DNA of 64,000 bases from Macrostomum lignano (Eukaryota), in the NCBI GenBank assembly GCA_002269645.1, contig NIVC01000511.1, positions 156,023-220,022 of the forward strand, written 5' to 3'. The first letter of the stretch is position 1. Every line of letters starts with the position of its first letter. Position numbers and translations under genes: made by a program. Shown one piece after another: positions 34,401-45,312 of the stretch. Below the pieces are notes generated by a model. It ran no database searches and had not been told where the DNA came from. It saw only the letters and a program-made list of their open reading frames with translations.

Positions 34401-37400
34401 CACATACTATACCTATTCATCACCCATAAACTATGCCCATTCACCCATAAACTATGCCCATTCACCCATAGACTATACCCATTCACCCATAGACTATACC
34501 CATTCACCCATAAACTATGCCCATTCACCCATAAACTATGCCCATTCACCCATAGACTATACCCATTCACCCATAGACTATGCCCATTCACCCATAGACT
34601 ATACCCATTCACCCATAGACTATGCCCATTCACCCATAGACTATACCTATTCACCCATAGACTATACCCATTCATCTACAGACTACGCCCATTCACCGAG
34701 ACTATACCCATTCATCTACAGACTACGCCCATTCACCGAGACTATACCCACTAACCCCACCACAGACTATGCCCATTCACCCACAGACTATGCCCAGTCA
34801 CCCACACACTATGCCCATTCACCCTACAGACTATGCCCATTCACCCACAGACTTTGCCCATTCACCCTACAGACTATGCCCATTCACCCTACAGACTATG
34901 CCCATTCACCCTACAGACTTTGCCCATTCACCCTACAGACTATGCCCATTCACCCTACAGACTATGCCCATTCACCCTACAGACTATGCCCATTCACCCT
35001 ACAGACTATGCCCATTCACCCTACAGACTATGCCCATTCACCCTACAGACTATGCCCATTCACCCTACAGACTATGCCCATTCACCCTACAGACTATGCC
35101 CATTCACCCTACAGACTATGCCCATTCACCCACAGATTGTATTTAGCAACAGCAATTTATTCTGCTGATAAATTTCTGGCAAAATCCTCGTGTGAGAGCA
35201 GGTGGCGGGGGCAAAATGAAGGAATGAAAATTCACGCATTCACTTTCCTGATTTCAGATTAAAGCGAGGTTCCAAAAATGGGTATTAATTATTAAAATTG
35301 TTTAAAAAGGCAATGCGGCGCAGAACAATGCAAGAAAATTTTCTGCACTGCAAATTGTGTTGCCGATTTAAAAAATCAATAATTTGCCAATTTTATTATC
35401 CGAAATTTTGAAATACTAACTTAATATGCGTTTTTTGTTGAGCTTTGCCTCCATGAAAGCTGTCAAATGGGACTGTGTGAGGACCTGCATCCATTTATAG
35501 CTGCTAGATTAGCGAAACACCTCTGGGTTTGCCCGGCTGTCTCCCCTCTCTGTCTCCCCCTCTCTGTCTCCCCCTCTCTGTCTCCCCCTCTCTGTGTCCT
35601 CTCTCTGTCTCCCCCTCTCTGTCTCCCCCTCTCTGTCTCCCCCTCTCTGTCTCCCCCCCTCTGTCTCCCCTCTCTGTCTCCCTCTCTCTCTTCCCCCTCT
35701 CTGTCTCCCCTCTCTGTCTCCCCCTCTCTGTCTCCCCCTCTCTGTCTCCCCCTCTCTGTCTCCCTCTCTCTCTTCCCCTCTCTGTCTCCCTCTCTCTCTT
35801 CCCCCTCTCTGTCTCCCTCTCTCTCTTCCCCCTCTCTGTCTCCCCCCTGTCTCCCCCTCTCTGTCTCCCCCCCTCTGTCTCCCCCCCTCTGTCTCCCTCT
35901 CTCTCTTCCCCCTCTCTGTCTCCCTCTCTCTCTTCCCCCTCTCTGTCTCCCTCTCTCTCTCCCCCCCCCTCTGTCTCCCCCTCTCTGTCTCCCTCTCTCT
36001 CTTCCCCCTCTCTGTCTCCCTCTCTCTCTTCCCCCTCTCTGTCTCCCTCTCTCTCTTCCCCCTCTCTGTCTCCCCCTCTCTGTCTCCCTCTCTCTCTTCC
36101 CCTCTCTGTCTCCCCCCCCCCTGTCTCCCCTACTCTGTCTCCCCCTCTCTGTCTGCCCCTCTCTGTCTCCCTCTCTCTCTTCCCCCTCTCTGTCTCCCCC
36201 TCTCTATCTCCCTCTCTCTCTCCCCCCTCTCTGTCTCCCCCCTCTCTCTTCCCCTCTCTGTCTCCCCCTCTCTGTCTCCCCCCCTCTGTCTCCCCCTCTC
36301 TGTCTCCCCCTCTCTGTCTCCCTCTCTCTCTTCCCCCTCTCTGTCTCCCCCCTCTGTCTCCCCCTCTCTGTCTCCCCCTCTCTGTCTCCCCTCTCTGTCT
36401 CCCCTCTCTGTCTCCCCTCCTCTCTGTCTCCCCTCTCTGTCTCCCCTCTCTGTCTCCCCCCCTCTGTCTCCCCCTCTCTGTCTCCCCATCTCTGTCTCCC
36501 CCTCTCTGTCTCCCCCTCTCTGTCTCCCCCTCTCTGTCTCCCCCTCTCTGTCTCCCCCTCTCTGTCTCCCCTTCTGTCTGTCTCTGTGTGTCTCTCCCTC
36601 TTTCCCTCTCCCTCTGTCTCACCCATCTGCATCTAACCTCCCTAAGACAGGGCTGCCAAACCGGGACAGAAAATTTCTCCTAAATATGATGCTACGAGTC
36701 ATATGCAAGCAGAACACAAACACTGGTAAATGTTAGGAATGCAAAATTTTCAAAGTAAATTCTCTTCACTTCGCGACAGGATACTCTCTTGAGGCTGAGA
36801 ATCGGAAAGAGGAGGAACAGAAGCCCGAGCTGTGAGGCTTGGAAGGCTGCAAATCTAATTAATTCGCAGACAGCGGCACGGATTTGATTGCAGGGCACAG
36901 CTGGCTGCTAAACTGGGGTTTTGAGAAAGTTTTGTTCAGCCAAAAATCGGCGCAATTAATTTGAATTGTGCTGCAGAATGAGTTGAAGGAATTGGTGAAA
37001 TTTAAAGCATTTCATTAGTACACTTTTTACTATAAAATTTTACTGCTGTGCCTTTCGGATACGCAGTCTCGTGAGCATGAAAATGCTATTTGATTAACAA
37101 ATATGAAGAAAAAGAACAAATCGGAAAATAATTGACATTTTCGATGACTGCTAGAGTGACAGATTCGTCGAGTGACAGTTTTGTAGATTGACAGATTCGT
37201 AAGAGTGACAGATTTTTAGATTGACAGATTCGTAGAGTGACAGATTCGTAGAGTGACAGATTTGTAGAGTGACAGATTCGTAGAGTGACATTTGTAGAGT
37301 GACATATTCGTAGAGTGACAGACTCGTAGTGTGACAGATTCGTAGAGTGACAGACTCATAGAGTGACAGACTTGTAGAGTGACAGGCGACTCACCCGGCT

Positions 37401-40400
37401 GTCGTGGATGCCGACAATGTCAGACGCTTCGCCTTCGCCGACCATGAAGGCGGCGAGGTTGGCGGTGTAGCTGGCAATGAAGACGAGGCAGAACATGGCG
37501 TAGATATTCAGTAGGAAGCGGGCGCTCCAGCACTTTGGCGACTTAGTCTGCACCGTGTGCGAGAACAGCACAGACCAGGTGAGGGTCAGAGCGCTTGGGA
37601 AGCTGAACACCCGGCGCCGATTGCGGCCGTAGGGCGTCAGGCCGAACGGGCTGAGCCACTCGTAGATGACGGCGGCAACGGCGGCCACATGGACGGTGGC
37701 CAGGATGCACATCCACATGAACAGGTCGAAGGGATAGAGGAAGCCAAATCTGGTCGCCCGGCCGCTGAGCTTCTCGGTTCGGTTAACCACGATTGACACC
37801 GAGGTCAGCAGGTAAGGGTCTGAGGTGAGAAAGTCGCGGCGCCAGTTTGCGTTGCTGACCACCTGAAACGTCGCGCGACTTTAATGTTATTTGAGGTGTA
37901 ATTTAACATCACGTGACTTGAATTGTCTTCAGGTGTGTACTTAAACCTCATGGGGTTTGATTCGTTTTTGAGTGTTATCTTGGAGCATGTACTTAAAAGT
38001 CACGTGACTTGATTTGTCTTGGAATATGTACTTTAACATCACGTGGCTTGATTTGTCTTGGAGCATGTACTTTAACATCAGGTGACTTGATTTATCTTGG
38101 AGTGTGTACCTTAACATCACGTGACTTGATTTATCTTGGAGTGTGTACTTTAACATCACGTGACTTGATTTACTCGTATCTTGTAGTGTGTACTTTAACC
38201 TCACTTGACTTGTCTGTGAGATTTAGTTCTTTTTAGCATCTTGGGACTAAATGCTTATAGTAGGTGTACTTCAAGATCGCGCGACGCAATACGTCAGGTA
38301 TCACGTGAGAGAAAGGAATTTTATAACAGCAGCTTTATTACACAATTAAAACTGTGCTATTCATTTTTCTGCTGAGCTGACTTTGACCGAGAGAGAGATA
38401 GTAAATGTTTCAGCAAAAAGCGATTGTCTATAAAATTTCAGGCAGGAAACTTACGGAAGCCCCGAGGCCTTACTGGGATAAGTTGAGGGATGATAATTTC
38501 AAGAATTTGCTGCCTCATCCTCATCTTGCATGGCGTCCTCCGAGCTGAGGCGAAAGGCAATTTAGCTTGAGTCGGAAACTGCAGCTGTACCTGGGTGTTT
38601 AGAAGGACTCCTATCGCCTCATCTGCCGTTATGACTGTGGGATAGGCAAGATTCTTCGCCTTGGAAAAAACACCCCAGGCCGGACAACTCTTTTTCTGGT
38701 CTGTAAGGTCACCCCGGGCCGGAAAGGCAGGAAGAGCTGCCGCGCGGTCTTTTAGCTAAATATTTCGAGCGTGCTAATCTTGTCGAGTTCGAGTGTCTTA
38801 GTATTGATTCATGTTTATTTAGCGAACTTTAGCTTCAAGCTGCCGGATGGTTGGCAGAGTTGTTCTTGACTGATTGATATCCTTATAGCAGCAGATATAT
38901 TATTTTAGTAGCTTATTGGGTGAGACAGGTTAAACTTCTAGCTTATGCAGAGCCTTTCCTGTCCCATTAGCTCTGATCGAAGAGTAGCTAACAGAATGAC
39001 ACTGACCACTGTCATGTCATAGAAGATAGTGCTGGCCAGGCCCAAGTGAGGAGTAAATACGATTCTGTAGTCTATGGCCTGGCCCAAGTGAGGAGTAAAT
39101 ACGATTCTGTAGTCTATGGCCTGGTCCAAGTGAGGAGTAAATACGATTCTGTAGTCTATGGCCTGGCCCATGTGAGTAATAAATACGATTCTGTAGTCTA
39201 TGGCCTGGCCCAAACGATGAATAAATACGATTCTGTAGTCTATGGCCTGGCCCAAGTGAGGAGTAAATACGATTCTGTAGTCTATGGCCTGGCCCAAGTG
39301 AGGAGTAAATACGATTCTGTAGTCTATGGCCTGGCCCAAACGATGAATAAATACGATTCTGTAGTCTATGGCCTGGCCCAAGTGAGGAGTAAATACGATT
39401 CTGTAGTCTATTGCCCGGCCCAAGTGAGTAATAATGACGATTCTGTAGTCTATGGCCTGGCCCAAGTAAGGAGTAAATACGATTCTGTAGTCTATGGCCT
39501 GGCCCAAACGATGAATAAATACGATTCTGTAGTCTATCGCCCGGCCCAAGTGAGTAATAATGACGATTCTGTAGTCTATGGCCTGGCCCAAGTGAGTAAT
39601 AAATACGATTCTGTAGTCTATGGCCAGGCCCAAGTGAGTAATAAATACGATTCAAGTAAGCCCAATCAAGTATGCGGAGCTGTATATATATACTGTAGAC
39701 TAGGAGGAAGCCTTCCTGTCCAGATGCTTGCTAGAGAGGGGGTCCATGGTTTAGGCTAACAACTTGTTTGTCTATGGCTCGAGCTGACTGGAAAACTTAG
39801 CCAGAGGATTAAATGAGACAAAAGCAACGCTGGCCAGATTGAGCTCAGATGTGCAGCCCAGCTTACCCATTTGTCACACCTCGCTATACTGCTGCAGATT
39901 GCTGCACAATATAACTGAGAATGATTGCTTTAACAGAATTATTAATTATAATTATTCCATGCAATTGGCTGCTTCAGAGCTTTCACATTTTCCGTTGCTT
40001 TACGTATAGTAGAGCTATTTAATATTCGAGCTCTCTCTCTCTCTCTCTCTATTCGAGTCGGCCCAACCTTGAATCCTGGCCGGGGGTGGAAAGGAAATGA
40101 AAAGCCACTCCAGAGCGCGTCTTCAGTGAGCGCTCAGGCAATAGAGCTTCTTGGGTGTTGCATAGGGGTGAGCAGATCAAGCTGCTTGAGTCCTGCAGTC
40201 AGTTCGGTCAGAAATTGGCGATGACTGAGATGGAACTGGGAGAGCCATACATAGGAAGCCAATTGAGTAGCTACCCTGACCAATGGATACTCCAACTCAG
40301 TTGGCAGGCAGAAGTTAACATTCCCGTATGAATAATGAAATCAGGGCGCTGATTAAACAATATCCTGGCAGAATTCATGACTAATGGAATATTTTTGATA

Positions 40401-43400
40401 CAGACTGTGGGTAGCTGTGAAGCTTAAACAAATTACTGATCACCTGTAGAATCCTCATGCAGTAAGACAAATTCTTGGCTTCCACGTAAATCTTAAAGCT
40501 GGCTTAAAGCCTGGAGTCCTGATAAAAAACTAGGACTCAAGGACAAGCCTAAAACTCACGGAAACACTTGGTACCCCAGGCCAAACTTTGTTACCTAGGG
40601 ACAAACCTAGAGGTCAAGGACAAACTCAGTAGGTACCCTATGAAAAACCTAGGACCTATTGAAAATGCCTAGAACCCCAGCACAGACTCAGTGCCCCAGC
40701 ACAAACTCAGAGCCACAGCACAAACTCAGTGCCCCAGCACAAACTCAGTGCCTCAGCACAAACTCAGTGCCCCAGCACAAACTCAGTGCCTCAGCACAAA
40801 CTCAGTGCCACAGCACAAACTCAGTGCCACAGCACAAACTCAGAGCCACAGCACAAACTCAGTGCCCCAACACAAACTCAGTGCCACAGCACAAACTCAG
40901 TGCCACAGCACAAACTCAGTACCCCAGCACAAACTCAGAGCCACAGCACAAACTCAGTGCCACAGCACAAACCTTTGACCCGAGAGCAATGTTGGCCCTC
41001 TCGCTTTTGAGCTCCTGCGCCAGGCAGTTGTCCGCGGAGACGCAGCAGCCACCTTTTGGAAAGACGCGCACGTCGGCAACCTGAATGACGGTGGGCAGGT
41101 GGTCGCAGAGCTCCTTCTGCTGTTGGAGTGCCTTCTGACTGAACATCTTCTCGCACTGCAGCTGCACAGGGAACTGGATGCTGAGGTAGATGAAGTCGAT
41201 GGCGATGCCGAAACAGCAGCGCTGCCGCGGCTCCTCGGTGCCGTTCGGACGCAGCAGAGTGCAGGCCATGCCGTGCTTGCACTCCCAGCGCGACTCGCTC
41301 GGCTCGCCGCTAAACTCCTTGATCCGGACCAGCGGGTCCTCCTCGTTGAGGGTGAACACCAGCTCGATGTTCTTCTGCCTGACCTGAACCGCGCCTTGGT
41401 GAGTGCTGGACCAAGTGGCCTCAAATTCCAGAGTAGCGATCCAGCGCAGGCCAGCCATGGGTTGGTCGTACTTCTGCGGCAGTGCCACCCCATGCAGCAG
41501 TTTGCGCAGGTTGTAGAACCCGGTGGGCAGCACCGGCTGCTGCTGCGAGGATCTTGCACTCGCATTGCAGGCAAACTTTGGGCAGCTAAATGCTCTGTGA
41601 AGGGTTATAGTAATAGTATTTTATCGATATGGAAATATGGATTCATCCTAGCAATGTCAGTGCCAGTTGAAATTGATTTTATTCAAGCATAATTTATTCC
41701 ACAAAAAGTGATGATGTTCTATAAATTGGACATTGGTCAACGGTCCCAGAAGAAATTGCGACTGCATTACTGACCTCCTGGCCAGCCACCATCCATCAAA
41801 CAGGATAAATTTGATTAGTGTGCGAGAGTCGCCTTCGCAAGTATCTGCAATGCAAAACCAAAGGACTACTACCCGGTATGTCAGGACGCTACACTTAAAT
41901 ATCGTGTAATTATTTCGAAGGCCGATTTCCACGAAAACATACACTGCGGAGATAGGAAATAATCATTTTTTCGTCACAAAAACAATGATTGCATTTGATC
42001 TGGGATGCTGAAGATTATCACTCTTTTAATTTAGCATGGACAGCATGTTACTCTGATGTTAGTGAAAGTTTTATTTTCATATCGCTTTTTACTTTATTTT
42101 CCTATTATTCTTCTTAATATTGTTTGTATACTGCAAATTTGAATGGGATTGAAATGGAATTACACCCACAATAATGGCTTAAGAGCATTAATGCCTGCAT
42201 GCAACATTTTTATTACAAATATAATTCTTTGTAAAAATGGAGTGTTGCGTCCTGATACACTGGAGTGGTCCTTGAGCGAAACCTTACATAAAGCATTCTT
42301 TGCGTTGCAAATCTCATGGTCCTACCGCTTCCCATTTGAAAGATTTTCCAATCGAAACCTGTTGATTGAACAAATATGATCTTTTATCAGCTTATACTTG
42401 TGCACTAATGCGATCCTGTGACATGTATCTAGTACAGGCTCTCTGAGGCGAAACGCGTGTGTATGGCTCAGTAAAAATATTCAGCCCCGTCCATTTTTGA
42501 CTCATTTCTACTCTGAACCCGAACAGATGCAGGCGAGTCTTTCAACACTCTGTCTCTCTCCTTCCCCAGCTTGTAGCCAGGCGACCAGAACGTGAAGGGG
42601 CCGAACGTGCACAAGAGAGAATTGCTTGACAGTTAGTGATGAAGTGAGACAAGGGGACTAGGATTATGAATCATAATTTATACTGCTAGACTCGTGATAC
42701 TGCCACAGACGTGCAAACTCAACCAGCACCAGCCTCACCTGATGGTGCTCTCATAGTGCTTGCTCAGCAACCGTCGGCAAGTCGCCAAATCCTCCGAGCA
42801 CCTCGCCGGCAGCAGCTGACCTGTCGCCGCCTCCTCCTTCAGCTCCTTCAGCTCCTTCAGCTCCAGCTGCCTCGCCCTGGCATAGGCGATGTGCAGCTGC
42901 TGGGAGCTGGCCATGAACTTCAGCAGCAGCACGGACACCAGGGTGCTGAGCTTACTAATGTGCTTCTTCTGCTCATCGTAGTACTGCTCCTGCTTCTGCT
43001 CGTCAACGTGCGGCCCGAACACGTGTGCCACAGTGCTGGGGCTGCTGCTGAAGTACCTCAGCTGCATCTGGCCGGCGGTCGTCTCGAACATCGCCTCCAT
43101 CGCGGATGACTCCACGAACACGTGCAACCGTTCGTCGGCTGGAATTTTCAGCTGACGTCGAAATGCGTCCAGCGCAGTAGTGGCCAGGTGTGCGGCTCCG
43201 ATGTGGAACAGCACGAACTGCTGCAGCTCCGAGCCGTCCTCCTCATCCTCAGCATCACCTTCTACCCGATCTTCATCCGCCACAGCCTCGGATGAGAACA
43301 GCTTAGCCCGCGTTCGCATGTCAACAACTGGATCTCCAGTGAATGCGCGAACCTGGTGGCTGAACAGGTGTCGCTGCAGGTGTCTGCTAATTAATTGGAA

Positions 43401-45312
43401 ACAGTCGGAGGCCACTATTGCTACGTACTTGTAGACTCGCCTTCTGCTGAGCAGGTAGGCGAGTAGAACGCGGGCATCGTTGCAGGTGTTGTCCTCCACG
43501 GGGACGTATTGGAAGTGCTTTTGCTGCAATTTCAACATTTCATTCAGTGTTATGTTACATAGGATCGTTTGATGACAGAGTTTGCCAAGTGTCCCAGCGT
43601 CCCAGTGTCCCAGTGTCCCAGTGTTTCAGTGTCTCAGTGTCCCAATGTCCCAGTGTCTCAGTGTCCCAGTGTCCCAGTGTCCCAGTGTTTCAGTGTCTCA
43701 GTGTCCCAATGTCCCAGTGTCTCAGTGTCCCAGTGTCCCAGTGTCTCAGTGTCTCAGTGTCCCAGTGTCCCAGTGTCCCAGTGTCCCAGTGTCCCAGTGT
43801 TCCAATGTCTCAGTGTTTCAGTGTCCCAGTGTCCCAGTGTCCCAGTGTCCCAGTGTCCCAGTGTTCCAATGTCTCAGTGTTTCAGTGTCCCAGTGTCCCA
43901 GTGTCCCAGTGTTCCAATGTCCCAGTATCCCAGTGTCCCATGCAGTGTCCCAGTGTCTCAGTGTCCCAGTGTCCCAGTGTCCCAGTGTTTCAGTGTCTCA
44001 GTGTCCCAATGTCCCAGTGTCTCAGTGTCCCAGTGTCCCAGTGTCTCAGTGTCTCAGTGTCCCAGTGTCCCAGTGTCCCAGTGTCCCAGTGTCCCAGTGT
44101 TCCAATGTCTCAGTGTTTCAGTGTCCCAGTGTCCCAGTGTCCCAGTGTCCCAGTGTCCCAGTGTTCCAATGTCTCAGTGTTTCAGTGTCCCAGTGTCCCA
44201 GTGTCCCAGTGTTCCAATGTCCCAGTATCCCAGTGTCCCATGCAGTGTCCCAGTGTCTCAGTGTCCCAATTTCCCAGTGTCCCAGTGTCCCAGTGTCCCA
44301 GTGTTCCAGTGTCTCAGTGTTTCAGTGTCCCAGTGTCCCAGTGTTCCAGTGTCCCAGTATCCCAGTGTCCCAGTATCCCAGTGTCCCATGCAGTGTCCCA
44401 GTGTCTCAGTGTCCCAATGTCCCAGTGTCCCAGTGTTCCAGTGTCTCAGTGTTTCAGTGTCCCAGTGTCCCAGTGTCCCAGTGTCCCAGTGTCCCTGTGT
44501 CTCAGTGTCTCAGTGTCTCAATGTCCCAGTGTCCCAGTGTCCCAGTGTTCCAGTGTCCCAGTGTCCCAGTGTCCCAGTGTCTCAATGTCCCAGTGTCCCA
44601 GTGTCCCAGTGTTCCAGTGTCCCAGTGTCTCAGTGTCTCAGTGTCCCAGTGTCCCAGTGTCCCAGTGTCCCAGTGTCCCAGTGTTCCAGTGTCCCAGTGT
44701 CCCAGTGTCCCAGTGTCTCAGTGTCTCAGTGTCCCAATGTCCAAATGTCCCAGTGTCCCAGTGTCCCAGTGTCCCAGTGTCCCAGTGTCCCAGTGTCCCA
44801 GTGTCTCAGTGTCTCAATGTCTCAATGTTCCAGAATCTAGCTCTAAGATTCCTCACTTCTCTATGAAAATTCAGGAATATATTATGTATAGTGTGAGCAA
44901 AAGTGAAGATTTGCCAATGTCTCACCAGCTCGGCCGAGTTCGGCAAGTCCACCAGCCGGTTGCCAACGCAGACAACGCGAAGTAGATTGCAGGCGAGCAC
45001 CAGCTGAGCGGACATGGTTGGCGACAGCACCGCCACTACAGACTGCGAATCGATGACGCTGACAAGATTAGTGAGCTCGCTGTCCGGCACCAGGACAGAG
45101 TCGGGCTGGAACTCCGCCCCGACCGCGTGCTGCAGATCGCGAACTCGTTTGGTGAGAAACCTGGCGTAGAACTCGGTCCTCTCTGGGGACAGCTGGCGCA
45201 GCTGCGACATGTCCAGCACCATCAGCGTCTTTAGCGACTTCAGCGGCGTCGGCGACTGCTGCTGCGCCTCGAAGGCTTGCAGAAAAAGCACCAGCTGCAC
45301 CAGCAGCCGCAT
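25427..45312 (-). CDS. GRIN3A: Ionotropic glutamate receptor, NMDA type, GluN3-like subunit, 1109 aa; exons 45312-44926, 43523-42739, 41552-40973, 37862-37395, 34053-33920, 33383-33113, 31575-31405, 28064-27982, 25877-25427
   Basis: Exons total 3330 nt in one frame with matched phases and GT-AG sites. Signal peptide, ATD, S1 (RCCFGIAID), [35 protein letters not shown] and [13 protein letters not shown] closely track GluN3A ([48 protein letters not shown]). S2 GTVR/AFLYD/VGKPF, M4 [25 protein letters not shown] and a C-terminal coiled coil also match. Confidence 0.9.
26055..26550. repeat. 31-32 bp minisatellite (GTCAGAGAATGGCACTGAAATCTCACAGCTTA)n, GluN3-like intron 8
   Basis: Direct tandem copies. 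Confidence 0.95.
27130..27660. repeat. Purine-rich minisatellite (GAGATGTGCAGAAGAAGGGAGAG)n, intron 8
   Basis: Direct tandem copies; explains ORFs 27008-27752. Confidence 0.9.
28230..29460. repeat. Compound C-run minisatellite (CCCCCTTGTAGAA / CCCCCTAGTGGAA modules), intron 7
   Basis: Two 13-14 nt modules alternate in higher-order units. Confidence 0.95.
30143..31200. repeat. Polypyrimidine (CTCCCTCTCCCG)n / (CTCCCTCTCCCTAG)n tract, intron 7
   Basis: 12-14 bp units, almost purely C/T on the plus strand. Confidence 0.95.
31595..32300. repeat. 22-bp minisatellite (GACTCCAGCACATTCCCTCTGT)n, intron 6, abutting the M4-exon acceptor
   Basis: Direct tandem copies starting about 20 nt from the acceptor at 31576. 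Confidence 0.95.
33480..33865. repeat. 55-bp minisatellite, about 7 units, filling intron 5
   Basis: TCACAAGGTGTCCACTGCG recurs at 33486, 33541, 33596 and onward. Confidence 0.95.
34295..35135. repeat. 21-22 bp minisatellite (CTATGCCCATTCACCCTACAGA)n, intron 4
   Basis: Direct tandem copies with two subarrays; explains ORF 34366..35262. Confidence 0.95.
35537..36625. repeat. Polypyrimidine (CTCTGTCTCCCCCT)n tract, intron 4
   Basis: About 1.1 kb nearly free of A; explains the overlapping 370-390 aa ORFs. Confidence 0.95.
37150..37385. repeat. 16-bp minisatellite (GTAGAGTGACAGATTC)n abutting the donor of GluN3-like exon 4
   Basis: Copies run to within about 10 nt of the donor at 37394. Confidence 0.9.
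37895..38215. repeat. 39-bp minisatellite (TAACATCACGTGACTTGATTTATCTTGGAGTGTGTACTT)n, intron 3
   Basis: Diverged tandem copies starting about 30 nt from the acceptor at 37863. Confidence 0.85.
39035..39652. repeat. 42-bp minisatellite (GGCCTGGCCCAAGTGAGGAGTAAATACGATTCTGTAGTCTAT)n, intron 3
   Basis: Tandem copies with three recurring variants; explains ORFs 38938..39759. Confidence 0.95.
40675..40972. repeat. 19-bp minisatellite (CACAAACTCAGTGCCACAG)n beginning at the donor of exon 3
   Basis: Direct tandem copies; the terminal unit overlaps the GT at 40972-40971. Confidence 0.95.
43588..44830. repeat. 8-bp microsatellite (CAGTGTCC)n filling GluN3-like intron 1
   Basis: Over 1.2 kb of 8-bp units including an internal duplication of about 300 bp; explains ORFs 43547-44985. 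Confidence 0.97.

Noticed and set aside
27008-35262. Repeat-derived ORFs at 27008-27752, 30219-30566, 31571-32280, 33534-33979 and 34344-35262
   Set aside because: All are periodic translations of intronic minisatellites.
35467-36736. Four overlapping ORFs of 372-389 aa
   Set aside because: Translations of a CT/GA simple repeat inside GluN3-like intron 4.
39035-39652. CRISPR-like look of the 42-bp array (also the 46-bp and 55-bp arrays)
   Set aside because: No unique spacers, only recurring unit variants; eukaryotic intron context and no cas genes.
42400-42470. GAAACGCGT as in Penelope-type minimal hammerheads
   Set aside because: No intact CTGANGA upstream, and G at the cleavage position.
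43547-44985. ORFs of 423-467 aa rich in SQCPSVPV
   Set aside because: The 8-bp repeat lacks stops on the plus strand; it lies antisense within intron 1.
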